From the IMG/VR virus record IMGVR_UViG_3300024346_000039, positions 1-64,000 of that record: a stretch of DNA of 64,000 nucleotides. One strand, written 5' to 3'. Shown here in pieces: positions 48,005 through 58,354 of the stretch (positions are counted from its first letter, which is position 1; every line of letters begins with the position of its first letter). A program made the translations under genes and the position numbers. Under the pieces are notes generated by a model. It ran no database searches. It saw nothing but the letters and a program-made list of their open reading frames with translations, and was not told the DNA's origin. The DNA comes from a virus.

Positions 48005-48526
48005 ATGTGGAAGCCAGCAAATAGCCTTGAATGGCAAAGAGAAGCAGTATGTGCACTACCTAAAAATAGGGAGTATATTGACTGGTTTTTTTCAAAGGAC
48101 TTCTCAGAAAAATATGCGGCAAAGAATATGTGTTTTACCTGCCCTGTCCGCAAACAATGTCTTCAGTGGGCTTTAGAGCACCGTCAAATCTGGGGCGTAT
48201 GGGGCGGAAAAGACGAAGTAGAAATTCGTAGAGCGCTATCTGTATCTTACTTAGGTGAAGAAACACGCAGACGTCGCTACCCAAACTGCCCTCATTGCAC
48301 CGCACGTCCAGGCAAACTAGAAGTGTCTATTGAACAACTTTCCACAACTGGGCGTTGGACTACAGCAAAGATTGTAACTTGCACGGAGTGTGGCTTTGCT
48401 TGGCGTAGCCGAACAAGCGCGAATGCGGTAGAGGCTTATAAGTTAGAGCGTGAAGATAAACTTGCTAAGCAACTAAAAGAAAAAGAAAAACTACAAAAGA
48501 AAAGCAAGCGAGTTAAGAAATCTTAA
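48005..48526 (+). CDS. whiB: WhiB family transcription factor with C-terminal zinc ribbon
   Basis: WQREAVC..CFTCPVRKQC..GVWGG; then CPHC..CTEC; leaderless TATTAT-N6-ATG. Confidence 0.88.
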   Translation: MWKPANSLEWQREAVCALPKNREYIDWFFSKDFSEKYAAKNMCFTCPVRKQCLQWALEHRQIWGVWGGKDEVEIRRALSVSYLGEETRRRRYPNCPHCTARPGKLEVSIEQLSTTGRWTTAKIVTCTECGFAWRSRTSANAVEAYKLEREDKLAKQLKEKEKLQKKSKRVKKS

Positions 48527-49097
48527 CTAACCAAACTTGTAGTCCTATCTCCAATACCTTAAAACGATTAGAGTAACAAAGCATTATCGCATCAACTGCT
48601 GGTCTTGGTCGGTATGCTGGACCTTTTCCTGCATCCCACTGGTAATCATCAAATGCCAAAATACCACCTACTTTAAGAGCCTCTACAGCATTCATACCAT
48701 CTTTTAATACGGGAACTGCTTCATGGTCTCCATCTATATAAATAAAGTCATATAAAGTTTCTGGGTCTTTTGATGCAAAAAACTCGTCGCTAGTCATTTT
48801 CTTTTTGATAAGACGGCCTGCTTCGACATACTGGTTTGTTTGTGCGTCATAGGCTTGCTCTACTTCATTCCAATTAAGAGCATCGTGAGCAACTTCATTA
48901 GAGCCTCCCCAGGTGTCTACATCAGTTAACGTAGATTTTGGATGAAACAGTATGTTTTCCATAAGCCATGAAGAAGCATCACCTTTATACGCCCCTACCT
49001 GTAAACAATGCATTTCTTCTGTTCTTTTTGATGACAAGTGTCGCTCAAAGATTTCAGGTGCACCTACTGCTAAAAACCAATTAGGTAGTTCAGTCAT
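48513..49097 (-). CDS. Class I SAM-dependent methyltransferase (Methyltransf_24-like)
   Basis: LQVGAYKG, DVDTW, DFIYIDGDH, LKVGGILAFDDY. Confidence 0.85.
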   Translation of the reverse strand: MTELPNWFLAVGAPEIFERHLSSKRTEEMHCLQVGAYKGDASSWLMENILFHPKSTLTDVDTWGGSNEVAHDALNWNEVEQAYDAQTNQYVEAGRLIKKKMTSDEFFASKDPETLYDFIYIDGDHEAVPVLKDGMNAVEALKVGGILAFDDYQWDAGKGPAYRPRPAVDAIMLCYSNRFKVLEIGLQVWLVKIS

Positions 49098-50178
49098 TGT
49101 TTGCCTCTTTCATCGCTTGTTCGCAAAACTCTAAGTTTTTAAGAAGTCTTTCCATCTCGTTTGGAAGTGCCATTTTCACAGCGTCCTGTGCGTGAGTTAC
49201 TGCTTCAGCATACTTGCCTAGTCTGTAGCAAGCAATTGCAGCAAAGTCGTGTGGTAAATAGCCCCAAGCGTCTGCTTCGCAAAGATACTCTTGTGGGCGT
49301 TGTTTAATTGCCAATGCGGCCATAGCGTTGTCGTAGCACTGCTCCCATTTAGAGGTGTTGTAATAGTGCTTAGCCAACTCTACATACGGCTCACGGCGTC
49401 CTGGAGCCTCTTTAATCGCCATATTAAACCAATGCTCGCACTCATCTGGGTTCATAATTCCGATATATCGCATAGATGCGGCTCGTTCCATATCCCAGGT
49501 AGCGGTAGGCATCTCAAGGTGCTTCTTAAAATATTTTGTTGCTTCCTCATATTGACGATAGAAGTAGCATTCTCGTGCATAGTAAAAAGTATTTCTATCA
49601 TCATATGGGTCTTCATCAATAGAAAGTTTTAGTAAATCCAAATACTGGGCTCTTGACTTAGTATTATCAGCGTGATGTTCCATCACAGCGTTTGTGTGAT
49701 ATTGAATTTCTTGAATGCGGTCAGGCACTAAAATTTCGTGGACAGGGTTCTTCCAACGATATCCGTGTCGAGCATGAAATTTATCTCCCTTAAAAGTTGT
49801 CCCGGGAGTGCCATCTTCATTAAAGTTCCATACATAGTCGTACCGTGGACGTGTGGCATGGTTATCAAAGGCTTTTTGTAGTTCGTCTTTCCACCCTGGG
49901 AGCATAATTTCATCCATATCCAATGGAAGACAGTAGTCAATATCTGTCGGGACAAGAGCAAGCGATGCATTCCTTCCCACATCAAAACGCCAAGGTCTAA
50001 CAGTAATAGATACCACATTGATACCTAAAGACTTTGCAATCTCGATTGTGCGGTCAGTAGAGCCTGTGTCGGCAATTAATAGATAATCAGCGTCATCTTT
50101 TACTGAGTTATACCAGCGTTCGACGTGCTTCTCTTCATTAAGGGCAATTGTGTATACAGCAACTTTTACTTTAGCCAT
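49090..50178 (-). CDS. GT2 glycosyltransferase with C-terminal TPR repeats
   Basis: YTIALNEEK, DTGSTD, RFDVGRN, LDMDE, VHE; TPR-like helices. Confidence 0.88.
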   Translation of the reverse strand: MAKVKVAVYTIALNEEKHVERWYNSVKDDADYLLIADTGSTDRTIEIAKSLGINVVSITVRPWRFDVGRNASLALVPTDIDYCLPLDMDEIMLPGWKDELQKAFDNHATRPRYDYVWNFNEDGTPGTTFKGDKFHARHGYRWKNPVHEILVPDRIQEIQYHTNAVMEHHADNTKSRAQYLDLLKLSIDEDPYDDRNTFYYARECYFYRQYEEATKYFKKHLEMPTATWDMERAASMRYIGIMNPDECEHWFNMAIKEAPGRREPYVELAKHYYNTSKWEQCYDNAMAALAIKQRPQEYLCEADAWGYLPHDFAAIACYRLGKYAEAVTHAQDAVKMALPNEMERLLKNLEFCEQAMKEANND

Positions 50179-50203
50179 ATGGGTAGTCTACCCCAAACAA
50201 AGC

Positions 50204-50233
50204 AAAAACCCCGCACCAAGAGGCACGGGGTTT
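50204..50233 (-). terminator. Terminator of the minus-strand fibre operon
   Basis: AAAAACCCCG..CGGGGTTT stem downstream of ORF 50248..50634. Confidence 0.55.
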
Positions 50234-50247
50234 AGGCTATTTAATTA

Positions 50248-50634
50248 TTATGCAACGTTTGCAAAACGAACGCGACCATAGATTGAAGTCCCGCCGTCAC
50301 GACTATAAAACTCTAGTACAGACTTTCCAGTTGTTGCAAGGGTAGGTGTTCCTCCACCATCCCAAGAAACGTTTGCAAAGTTGACTGTGTTTGACCCACG
50401 GTTAGCAACTTCAACCCACCATGTGTTGGCATAGTTATCAGGCACATTAGAAAATGTGATTGTTGATGTTGCAGTCTGGTTTCTTAGAACAGTCACAGGG
50501 AAGTCAATAACGCTCACAGTAATTGCGCCGTTAGCAGCAGCACCAGTAAATGTTTGTAGACGTGCTGTAACGCCTTGTGTGATGTAAGCATCAGTTGATG
50601 CGGTTAGCACCTGGGGTGACATTGTAATTGGCAT
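50248..50634 (-). CDS. Small tail-fibre-associated beta protein
   Basis: TITFSN.P..W..GG.PTL.T.G..VL.F.S.DGG. Confidence 0.6.
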   Translation of the reverse strand: MPITMSPQVLTASTDAYITQGVTARLQTFTGAAANGAITVSVIDFPVTVLRNQTATSTITFSNVPDNYANTWWVEVANRGSNTVNFANVSWDGGGTPTLATTGKSVLEFYSRDGGTSIYGRVRFANVA

Positions 50635-50637
50635 TAT

Positions 50638-50934
50638 TTATTCCTCCGCAGGGGTTTCATCAGAAGACTTCTTCTTTGAAGAGGTCTTTGCAGCAGGTGC
50701 TGCTTCTTCTGCTGCTGCTGCAACTAGTTCTTCCCATACTGGGAGACCCTTTGGCAGTTCAGGAGCAAATGTTTTGGTCTTCATGTTGTAAATCCAACCA
50801 ACTGAAGGAGGCAATACAGAGTCAGTAATGTCTATAGCCGCATACATTATTGCCTCTGGCCCAATTACATCTTCGCTTTCAGCAGCGACAATGTTTTGAA
50901 CCTTGCCGCCGCCTACTAGAGCAAATTTTTTCAT
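50638..50934 (-). CDS. Hypothetical protein (fibre-assembly-like)
   Basis: FALV..G.V.NIV..GW.Y...F; follows the fibre gene. Confidence 0.6.
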   Translation of the reverse strand: MKKFALVGGGKVQNIVAAESEDVIGPEAIMYAAIDITDSVLPPSVGWIYNMKTKTFAPELPKGLPVWEELVAAAAEEAAPAAKTSSKKKSSDETPAEE

Positions 50935-50951
50935 TATTTATCTCCTATACC

Positions 50952-53900
50952 TTACGCTGTGAACTTCTCAGTGTAACGAATAATAACAGTGCCATCAGCA
51001 CCATTTCCACCGTTAGCAACGTATGGATAATACTGAACTGTGTTGAAGTCAATATCGCAAACGTCACCAGCAGACATATTTAACAGTTCAACTGCAACTT
51101 GGAAGTATGCACAATTTGCTGGAGCAAGTGGTGGCTGCCATGTTGAGATTGTTCCTGCGACTGTATCAGAATATGTTGCTGCAACAAGTGCTGCGTTAAC
51201 TGATGGACGGTCTTCACGAATAAGAACCTTGTTGATGTCATACCACTGAATAGTAGGACGAGCAACCTTTGTTCCCAAGTTTGGTGTTCCTGGGTTTGAA
51301 CCAGTAGCCAAACGGAATGAGAAGCCTGAGAAGAACAACTGTGTGCGAGGCAAGATTGGGAAATCTGTCCAAGATGTAACTACCTTAGCATTTCCAGCAT
51401 CCTGAATTGTTGTACGAAGTGCGTTAGTACCGTACTTAGTAGAACCAGCAAGAAGTGCTGTTGTAGCGTTGTATACAGGAGCCCAGCGAGCCATATCTGT
51501 ATTTGGAGCAGTTCCTGCTTCAAATTGAATGAATGTTGATGCTGAGTGTGTAGCAAGTGCCAAAGGTGAGTTAGCACCATTTGAACCACCACCGCCACCA
51601 CCAGAACCTGTATTAGGAGCAGCATCAAGTCCGCGAGAGTAAACGTCTGTAACAAGACCGCCACCCTGACCAGTTAAGTATGCGATGTAAGTGTGTCCAC
51701 CCTTACCGCCACCTGCTTGACCGCGACCTGGGTTATTGTTTGAACCCTGTGCAAAAGCACTCCATCCGCCTCCGCCGCCTCCGCCGCCGAGTTGTGTAAC
51801 ACCAAGTGTTCCAGTTCCGTTAACAAGAACTCCTGGACCACCATCTCCACCATAAGCAGGGGTAGCAACGTTAGATGCAAGAATTGCGTATCCGCCTTGG
51901 TTACCTTGCTGCTGAACATTCTGAAGCATTGTTGAGCCAGTTGTTGCGTAACCAGCAGTAGTGACACCACCAGTAATCTGAGGGGCAAAACTCATAGCGT
52001 TTCCACCAGGACCACCAGAACCAGCACCGCCACCACCATATGTAGGTGTGTTAGTTGCATTTGTGATTCCGTGTCCACCTGCGTTAGCGCCTGGAAGACC
52101 AAACTGCCAGAAGCGAAGGTTAACGTTGTATGTTCCGCCTCCGCCGCCGCCCTTGGCTAGAAGGAGAGGTGCAGTAATTGTTGCAGAGTAGTGTGCTTCT
52201 CCAGCCCATGTAAAGCCAGAAGAGTTTCCATCTTTGTAGAATGTAACTGAAGCGCCCTGCTCAAGTTGAGCAAATGCTAGGTAGAACTCAGGCTCTTGAC
52301 CACCTGTTGAGTTGTTAGCAGCATTAGCAAAAGTTGCTCCTAAGCGAACATAAAATGCGTTTGCAGGTGCTGTTGCGCTTACTGTATAGCGACGACCAGG
52401 TGTTGCCTGAAGGTTGCTTGTACCGCTCATTTTAGTGCCAGTTGTGCCTAGAAGAGCAGCAGTTCCTTGTGTGCGTGAGATGGCATTGCCATCTACATCG
52501 AAGAACTCAAGGTAAGCGCTAGCGTTTCTATACTCTTTCCATGCCCATGCATAGAATGAGCCTGTGTAAACCTGTGCTGGTGTTGCTTTGATGAAGTCAT
52601 GTGAAACTTCCATGTTTGCACCAGTTGCAACAGTAGAAATCATCTTAAGAGCCACGCCTGAGTTGTAGGTAGGTGGTCGGTATGCAGTTGCAGAAGAGCC
52701 AACTTCAACCTGAACGTTATCAAACAACATAGTTACGTTAGCAGGAACAAGAAGTCCTACATAAGCCCACTTAGCAGTTAGACCTGCCGCGTATGCTGGA
52801 AGACCAGTAAATGTTGCAGAAACACGGCGCCATGCACCAGAAACAATACCTGTGTGAGCAAATGTTCCAGTTCCGCTTACTGCTGCTGCGTTGTTAGCAG
52901 AAAGAGTAATTGTTGTGCCAGCAATATTTACAACAGTCGCTGCTGCACCAACACCAGTACCAGACACATTCTGTCCGATAAAGATACCGTCAGCGCTATC
53001 AACAGTAATAAAGTTGTTGCCCTGAAGACCAGAAATTGTCTTAGAAATTGCTCCACCATAACCAGAGAGTGGAGATGTAATTGTAACCTGAGTTACGTTA
53101 TATCCACCAGATGCTGGAGAACCTGAAGAGTAAACAGTTCCTGTACCAGATGAAGTTCCCTGGTTGTTTGTTGGGAAGTTAGTACCATCACCAATACGCA
53201 ACTGAACAACAAGGTTCTGTGGTGTAGGGCTTGTGTGGTAGACGTACATAGAAACTGTGTAGGTTGCGTTAGGGTCATAAGCAAAGCCAGTTGTTCCGCC
53301 AGATAGAGCACCTGCGGCTGAAGTTGAAAGACCTACTAGACGAGCACCAGTTGTTGAGTTAGTACAGATAAGTGCGTTAGCACCTGAAGATGTACCAATC
53401 GCTGCTGGTGAAACCATTTCAGCAAGTTTTGGATAAGGGTTTGAAGATACCTGAGCAGTAATAGAGCCCTGGTTATCAAGTACGAAGAATGAAGAGCCAG
53501 TGAGAGCAACGTCTTCTAACTGAGCATACTGAGCCTGAATTACGTTGTTTGACTGGTTTGTTCCCAAAGATGCGGAAAGCGAAATATTATCGTTATAGAT
53601 AATGCTTGTTGGGGTAATTGTGCAAGACTGTAGAAGGAATGTAATTGTTCCTGAAACAGTACCTGAGTTAGCAACAGATAAAGTAATTGTGTTGCTTGCA
53701 ATTGTAGTAACAACCGCGTTAGCACCAATACCAGTACCTGTTGCTGTCATACCAACATAAATACCAACGTTATCTGGACGAATATCAATAGTGAAAAGAC
53801 CACCAGTACCTGTTGCAGTCTTCTGTGCCTGTTGAATATTGTTTGCTTCCCAGAGAGAAGTTCCCTTGTTAAAAGAAGGGTTCATCAAAAGGTTTACAGG

Positions 53901-54266
53901 AGTTGAGCCACCAAATGTTGTGGTTCCGCCTACGCCTCCTGGCATTGTGTTGATGTTGTCAGTAGCACCAGTTGTTGCACCCTGGCCACCATGTCCACCT
54001 GCACCAATTGAAACGTTGTATGTAGTGCCAGCAGTAACAGGAACTTGACGCTGGACAACCTGTCCACCGCCGCCACCGCCACCAGCAACGACGTCAGCGC
54101 CACCTCCGCCACCGCCGCCGCCACCAACAGCAACAACTTCTACTGCTGTGATGCCAGTTGGTACGGTAAATGTGCCGTTCGAGTTGAACTGGACTTCACG
54201 AATCGAGAAGCGTCCAGAGTTGTCATTAGGAAATACAATTAAATCTTTGCTACCTGAAATAGCCAT
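50952..54266 (-). CDS. Glycine-rich fibre/decoration protein with carbohydrate-binding-like domains (1104 aa)
   Basis: F..NGTFTVP.G.T.VEV.AVGGGGGG..GADGTVIIRY frame with inserted NLL.NPSF and YT.S.Y..DNVQVE jelly-roll-like domains. Confidence 0.7.
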   Translation of the reverse strand: MAISGSKDLIVFPNDNSGRFSIREVQFNSNGTFTVPTGITAVEVVAVGGGGGGGGGADVVAGGGGGGGQVVQRQVPVTAGTTYNVSIGAGGHGGQGATTGATDNINTMPGGVGGTTTFGGSTPVNLLMNPSFNKGTSLWEANNIQQAQKTATGTGGLFTIDIRPDNVGIYVGMTATGTGIGANAVVTTIASNTITLSVANSGTVSGTITFLLQSCTITPTSIIYNDNISLSASLGTNQSNNVIQAQYAQLEDVALTGSSFFVLDNQGSITAQVSSNPYPKLAEMVSPAAIGTSSGANALICTNSTTGARLVGLSTSAAGALSGGTTGFAYDPNATYTVSMYVYHTSPTPQNLVVQLRIGDGTNFPTNNQGTSSGTGTVYSSGSPASGGYNVTQVTITSPLSGYGGAISKTISGLQGNNFITVDSADGIFIGQNVSGTGVGAAATVVNIAGTTITLSANNAAAVSGTGTFAHTGIVSGAWRRVSATFTGLPAYAAGLTAKWAYVGLLVPANVTMLFDNVQVEVGSSATAYRPPTYNSGVALKMISTVATGANMEVSHDFIKATPAQVYTGSFYAWAWKEYRNASAYLEFFDVDGNAISRTQGTAALLGTTGTKMSGTSNLQATPGRRYTVSATAPANAFYVRLGATFANAANNSTGGQEPEFYLAFAQLEQGASVTFYKDGNSSGFTWAGEAHYSATITAPLLLAKGGGGGGTYNVNLRFWQFGLPGANAGGHGITNATNTPTYGGGGAGSGGPGGNAMSFAPQITGGVTTAGYATTGSTMLQNVQQQGNQGGYAILASNVATPAYGGDGGPGVLVNGTGTLGVTQLGGGGGGGGWSAFAQGSNNNPGRGQAGGGKGGHTYIAYLTGQGGGLVTDVYSRGLDAAPNTGSGGGGGGSNGANSPLALATHSASTFIQFEAGTAPNTDMARWAPVYNATTALLAGSTKYGTNALRTTIQDAGNAKVVTSWTDFPILPRTQLFFSGFSFRLATGSNPGTPNLGTKVARPTIQWYDINKVLIREDRPSVNAALVAATYSDTVAGTISTWQPPLAPANCAYFQVAVELLNMSAGDVCDIDFNTVQYYPYVANGGNGADGTVIIRYTEKFTA

Positions 54267-54294
54267 TGTTCTTTAGCCTCTCGTTTCTGTTTTA

Positions 54295-54630
54295 TTACGC
54301 GGTGACTTCTACGCCTGAAATAAGTACATCAAGCGCATTATTGGATGAAGCACCAACATATACGACATCGTTTGGGTTCATAACCTGACGAATATCAAAG
54401 TTTACAGTTCCGTTGGCTGGAACTTGTAGACCATTGCAAAAATTAAATGCTGTTGCTGAGTTAAAGCCGCCAGTTCCAAACTGTACGGTGATTGTAGAAA
54501 CAGATGATGTCTTGTTTGCTACAACGATGTTTGTGATGATGGTGTTTCCACCTGCTGGCACTTGGTTATAAGCGGTGACGCCAGAAGTAGTTGCTACACC
54601 TGCGAAAAGTTTCTTTGCTGTAGTTGGCAT
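54295..54630 (-). CDS. Small structural beta protein
   Basis: Y.VP...TII.NIVVAN..VPAN.T..ISGVE. Confidence 0.65.
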   Translation of the reverse strand: MPTTAKKLFAGVATTSGVTAYNQVPAGGNTIITNIVVANKTSSVSTITVQFGTGGFNSATAFNFCNGLQVPANGTVNFDIRQVMNPNDVVYVGASSNNALDVLISGVEVTA

Positions 54631-54968
54631 TATGCTAACACTCCCATGTATGAGTTGATGGTTAAATCATTTGCTGTTGCAGTGATTGTTGCGAGTTTTG
54701 TGTTTCCTGCTGAGTTCACTGCCGCAACTTGCGTAGTACCAGCCGTGTTGACTGCGTTTACCTGAGTAGTGCCAGCGTTATTCACGAGGGCAACAGAGGC
54801 TGAAGTAGCAGCAACAATATCATTCACTCCTAGGAGTGAGCCTAGAGTCTCTAATGCCTTAGAGATGAACACTAGGTCCTGAGCAGTATATGTACTAGCA
54901 GCGAGGCTAGTGGTAATTTCTGCCTTAACCGCATCAATTTGGGTAGACAGGCTGTCATAACTAGGCAT
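54630..54968 (-). CDS. Hypothetical structural protein with 11-aa repeats
   Basis: VN.AGTTQV.A repeated three times. Confidence 0.7.
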   Translation of the reverse strand: MPSYDSLSTQIDAVKAEITTSLAASTYTAQDLVFISKALETLGSLLGVNDIVAATSASVALVNNAGTTQVNAVNTAGTTQVAAVNSAGNTKLATITATANDLTINSYMGVLA

Positions 54969-55035
54969 TATTTCTCCATTCCTTGATTGTAAATTCTAGC
55001 AGTTTTTTTGCTATGGGTGTTTTTGTATTTTAGCA

Positions 55036-58000
55036 TTATGCCTGGGCCTCAGTCCATGAGACACGAGCAGAAATGGTGGCCTGGGCTGCTCCAATATTTG
55101 TTGCAGTGATGACTAGAACGTCAGGAGCGTTAGGATAACTTGGGCTAGCAATGTTTCCATTACCACTCAAAATTGAGTTTCCAAGTTCACGAATTGTTCT
55201 CAATTCGTAGTTTGTAATGTTAAATGCGGTACCACCAGCGGCTTCTGTATAGAAGGAGAACACTTCGTCTCCACCTTGAACTGAGCCAGTAGCAGCAACC
55301 TGAACACCACCGATAGGGCCTGTATTATCAAAATAAAGCGCCTGAGCCAGTGAACCAGAACCTACGCGCTCGCGCTCCCAGTCAAAAGGAAGACCTAGAT
55401 ATGGTCTTACACCAGTGAAGTTGATTACTTGTCCATTAGCAATACCGCCAGCGGCAACAGGTTGAGACAACTGAATTGTTGTTCCAAAGATACCTGTAAT
55501 AACGGCACCTGCTACAACCGATGCTGAGGAGCCCGCTGCTCTTACAGACATACCGATTGAAAGGTTCTGAACGCTGCTCATATTAACGAATGACTGGAAC
55601 TGAGTATTTGCGTTTGCATATGGGGCTGCTGCTGCAATTACTGTATACCCAGTTACATCGAAAGAAGAAGAAGCATGGTTGTTATACGAGATATTTGTTG
55701 GATTTAGGACTCCACGAATGAGGAACTGACCATTAGCAGAAATACCCATTGACACAAGTTTCATCTGCATACGGTTTACAAGTTCACGAGCACCAAAGTT
55801 CTTTGCTACAGCGTTATCTACTGAAGGAGCCAGACGAACAGCAACAAGAGGACGGTTTACACCGTTAGGCACTGTAAGGTTTTTCTGCATACCAGCAGTA
55901 AAGGTGTAGTTAGAGTCATCATCAAAACGACCATCCATAATTACAGATGAACCCCAGTGGGAAATCATAGGGGCACAGGTCTGAGTAACTGTTTGAACAA
56001 CTACCTGACTTGCACCATTTCCACCAAGAGTTTCATCTGGATTAAATGATAGTTCTGTAGAAGCACTACCTGCTGCCAAAACAGTAATTGCTCCTGGGAA
56101 GAATACAGTGTAGGTTTGACGACGTGCAACAGTTAAAGGATATCCTTTTGCTGTTGGATTCCAAGGACCGATAGCGCTATAAGAAATCATTTCGCAAGCG
56201 CTACTGCTTTTAATAAATGCGTACCCGCTAGTAGGCCATGCTTCTACGTTATCAACAAAGACTGTAGTGTCGTTTGGCTGCAAAGTTGAACCAACAGTTC
56301 CTGCTGCTCCTGAAGTTAAACGAGCACTCTTTGGCTCGTTATGTACTTCGTAACGAGCAGGTAGGTTACCTGAGCGCTGATATGCAGCATTGTTAATGTT
56401 GTTGTTAGCCATACGATGGCAATAGACCACGTCACCGCGGATTGTCCTAAATCCCCAGCGGATGAATCCTGCGCCATACCATGTGTAGTCAATGTAGACC
56501 ATCTGCATTTTCTTAGGGTCTAGAACATATCCTGAAGGACCTGTTCCATCCATCTTGTCAAAGTTCCATGCATCTTGACGAACACGAATCTCTTGAGTCT
56601 TTAAAATGCGGCCATTTGTAATACTTGCACCACGATATGTAGGATTTATATACATTTCTGTATCACTAAAAATGTTATTTACAATGTAAGTTTGGCCACG
56701 AATAACTACTTTATCTCCAACAGTAAGTTGTTTTCTAAATAACGTTCCTACACCAATAATTTGTCCAGAGAATGTGTTTGCACTAATACGGCCAGCCAAC
56801 TCGGTATTTGAAAAACGACGAACAACATACATATATTGACCATCATATTCAACATAAAAACCGTTCTGGTCATCAAACATACCTGTACGAGCAACAGCGC
56901 CCTTCCATCCAGAAACTGTTACTGCACGGTTTGTTCCTCCTGGAGCAGTATCTGTCAAAGTAAGTGCTGCTGGAAGAGTTATCTGGTATGTAAATGTGTT
57001 GGTATCGCCAATACTTGCAACAATAAAACTTCCATTAAATGGATTGTTTAGTGCTACGGTTTCAACGCCTTCAATAAGAACAGTAGCACCTGGCTGTAAG
57101 CCGTGGTCTTGTAGAGTAACTACAGTAACGTTCTTTGTTCCAGCAGAGAGAACATCGCTTGCAACCAAACTTACAATATCAAAAGATGGAGTAAATTTTG
57201 CACCAGTCGAAAATTGAATTGACTTACCTGACTGGTAGCGGAAGTAACGACGAGTTTGACGAATAGTTTGAGCACCTACAGCATTATTAAGTGTTGTTAG
57301 AGAAACTCCACCATCTGTTGGTCGGTGCTGAACATAGCCTTCTGGTTTTGTATAAATCACAGAAGATGATGAGGTAGATACAGAAGTAACTACAGTGTCA
57401 GAAATATCAAAGGTAAGAACTCTAGGTGTAGGAACAGTCTTTACAATCCAGTTACCATTCATACCACTTGTGTTATTGATAACAATAGGTGTCCCTGGGA
57501 AGAGACCATGAGGCTGATTAAAGGAAAGTGTAATTACTGAAGGATTTCCGCCACTTGTTGTAGCAGCAAAACCATTAAGAGTAGATGTGCTTGCAATACC
57601 GCCAGGGATATGTGCGTTATCAAAAGTATCTCCACCATATACGGTTGAGTAGTTGGCAATAGCAATTGAGCCAGAAACCAATCCACGGGCAAAGTATGTA
57701 AATGTTGTTGGAGTTGGAGTTGTGTTTACAAGGAAGGTTCCTTCAGCACGGAAGTTAGTTGTATCCTGAACGCTTACGATGCTTCCTGGAACTAAGTTGT
57801 GAAAAACAGTAGTTGTTACAGTAATAAGAGAACGTGGTCCCTGACCGTTTCCAAGAATATCTACGTTCTCAAAGGAGTTACCACCTGTGCCCTTTGCAAA
57901 GAATGAAGGGTAGTTGTTCATCAAGAAAAGTGCTTCCCATTTAGATGGCTGAACAGAGTATTCAAAGTCTGTATCCATCAAAGACTGTGGCGGAGCAGTA

Positions 58001-58332
58001 CGAAGTTTATCTACGGCATCGAGAAGAGTGTCAGAGAAAGTTACTGTCTCATTTAACTCGTCTACAATAATTGATAACTTGTCAGTAGATGACATCCCTG
58101 TAGTTGACATACCAGAGCCAAGAACCACTGTTGTTGACGGGTCCGTTGGGTTATTTGAGTATGTAAATACCGCTCCTGCACTTGCAGCATCAGCAAAGTT
58201 GTAGATAACTACACCCTTTGTGATGTTAGTAATTAAAAGGAGACGCTCTTCTTGAACAACACGAGGGATGACAATGGTCTTTGTTGATGGATTAAAGGTA
58301 TAAGTCGTACCTCTGATTACTCTTCTTGACAT
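55036..58332 (-). CDS. Large virion structural/fibre protein (1098 aa)
   Basis: YTFNP..LLLITN..IYNF, KLR..PQSLMDTDFEY..KWE, IRQTRRYFRYQSGK, IDY.WYGAG.IRWG. Confidence 0.7.
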   Translation of the reverse strand: MSRRVIRGTTYTFNPSTKTIVIPRVVQEERLLLITNITKGVVIYNFADAASAGAVFTYSNNPTDPSTTVVLGSGMSTTGMSSTDKLSIIVDELNETVTFSDTLLDAVDKLRTAPPQSLMDTDFEYSVQPSKWEALFLMNNYPSFFAKGTGGNSFENVDILGNGQGPRSLITVTTTVFHNLVPGSIVSVQDTTNFRAEGTFLVNTTPTPTTFTYFARGLVSGSIAIANYSTVYGGDTFDNAHIPGGIASTSTLNGFAATTSGGNPSVITLSFNQPHGLFPGTPIVINNTSGMNGNWIVKTVPTPRVLTFDISDTVVTSVSTSSSSVIYTKPEGYVQHRPTDGGVSLTTLNNAVGAQTIRQTRRYFRYQSGKSIQFSTGAKFTPSFDIVSLVASDVLSAGTKNVTVVTLQDHGLQPGATVLIEGVETVALNNPFNGSFIVASIGDTNTFTYQITLPAALTLTDTAPGGTNRAVTVSGWKGAVARTGMFDDQNGFYVEYDGQYMYVVRRFSNTELAGRISANTFSGQIIGVGTLFRKQLTVGDKVVIRGQTYIVNNIFSDTEMYINPTYRGASITNGRILKTQEIRVRQDAWNFDKMDGTGPSGYVLDPKKMQMVYIDYTWYGAGFIRWGFRTIRGDVVYCHRMANNNINNAAYQRSGNLPARYEVHNEPKSARLTSGAAGTVGSTLQPNDTTVFVDNVEAWPTSGYAFIKSSSACEMISYSAIGPWNPTAKGYPLTVARRQTYTVFFPGAITVLAAGSASTELSFNPDETLGGNGASQVVVQTVTQTCAPMISHWGSSVIMDGRFDDDSNYTFTAGMQKNLTVPNGVNRPLVAVRLAPSVDNAVAKNFGARELVNRMQMKLVSMGISANGQFLIRGVLNPTNISYNNHASSSFDVTGYTVIAAAAPYANANTQFQSFVNMSSVQNLSIGMSVRAAGSSASVVAGAVITGIFGTTIQLSQPVAAGGIANGQVINFTGVRPYLGLPFDWERERVGSGSLAQALYFDNTGPIGGVQVAATGSVQGGDEVFSFYTEAAGGTAFNITNYELRTIRELGNSILSGNGNIASPSYPNAPDVLVITATNIGAAQATISARVSWTEAQA

Positions 58333-58354
58333 ATTTTTATATCCTCGCCATCGT

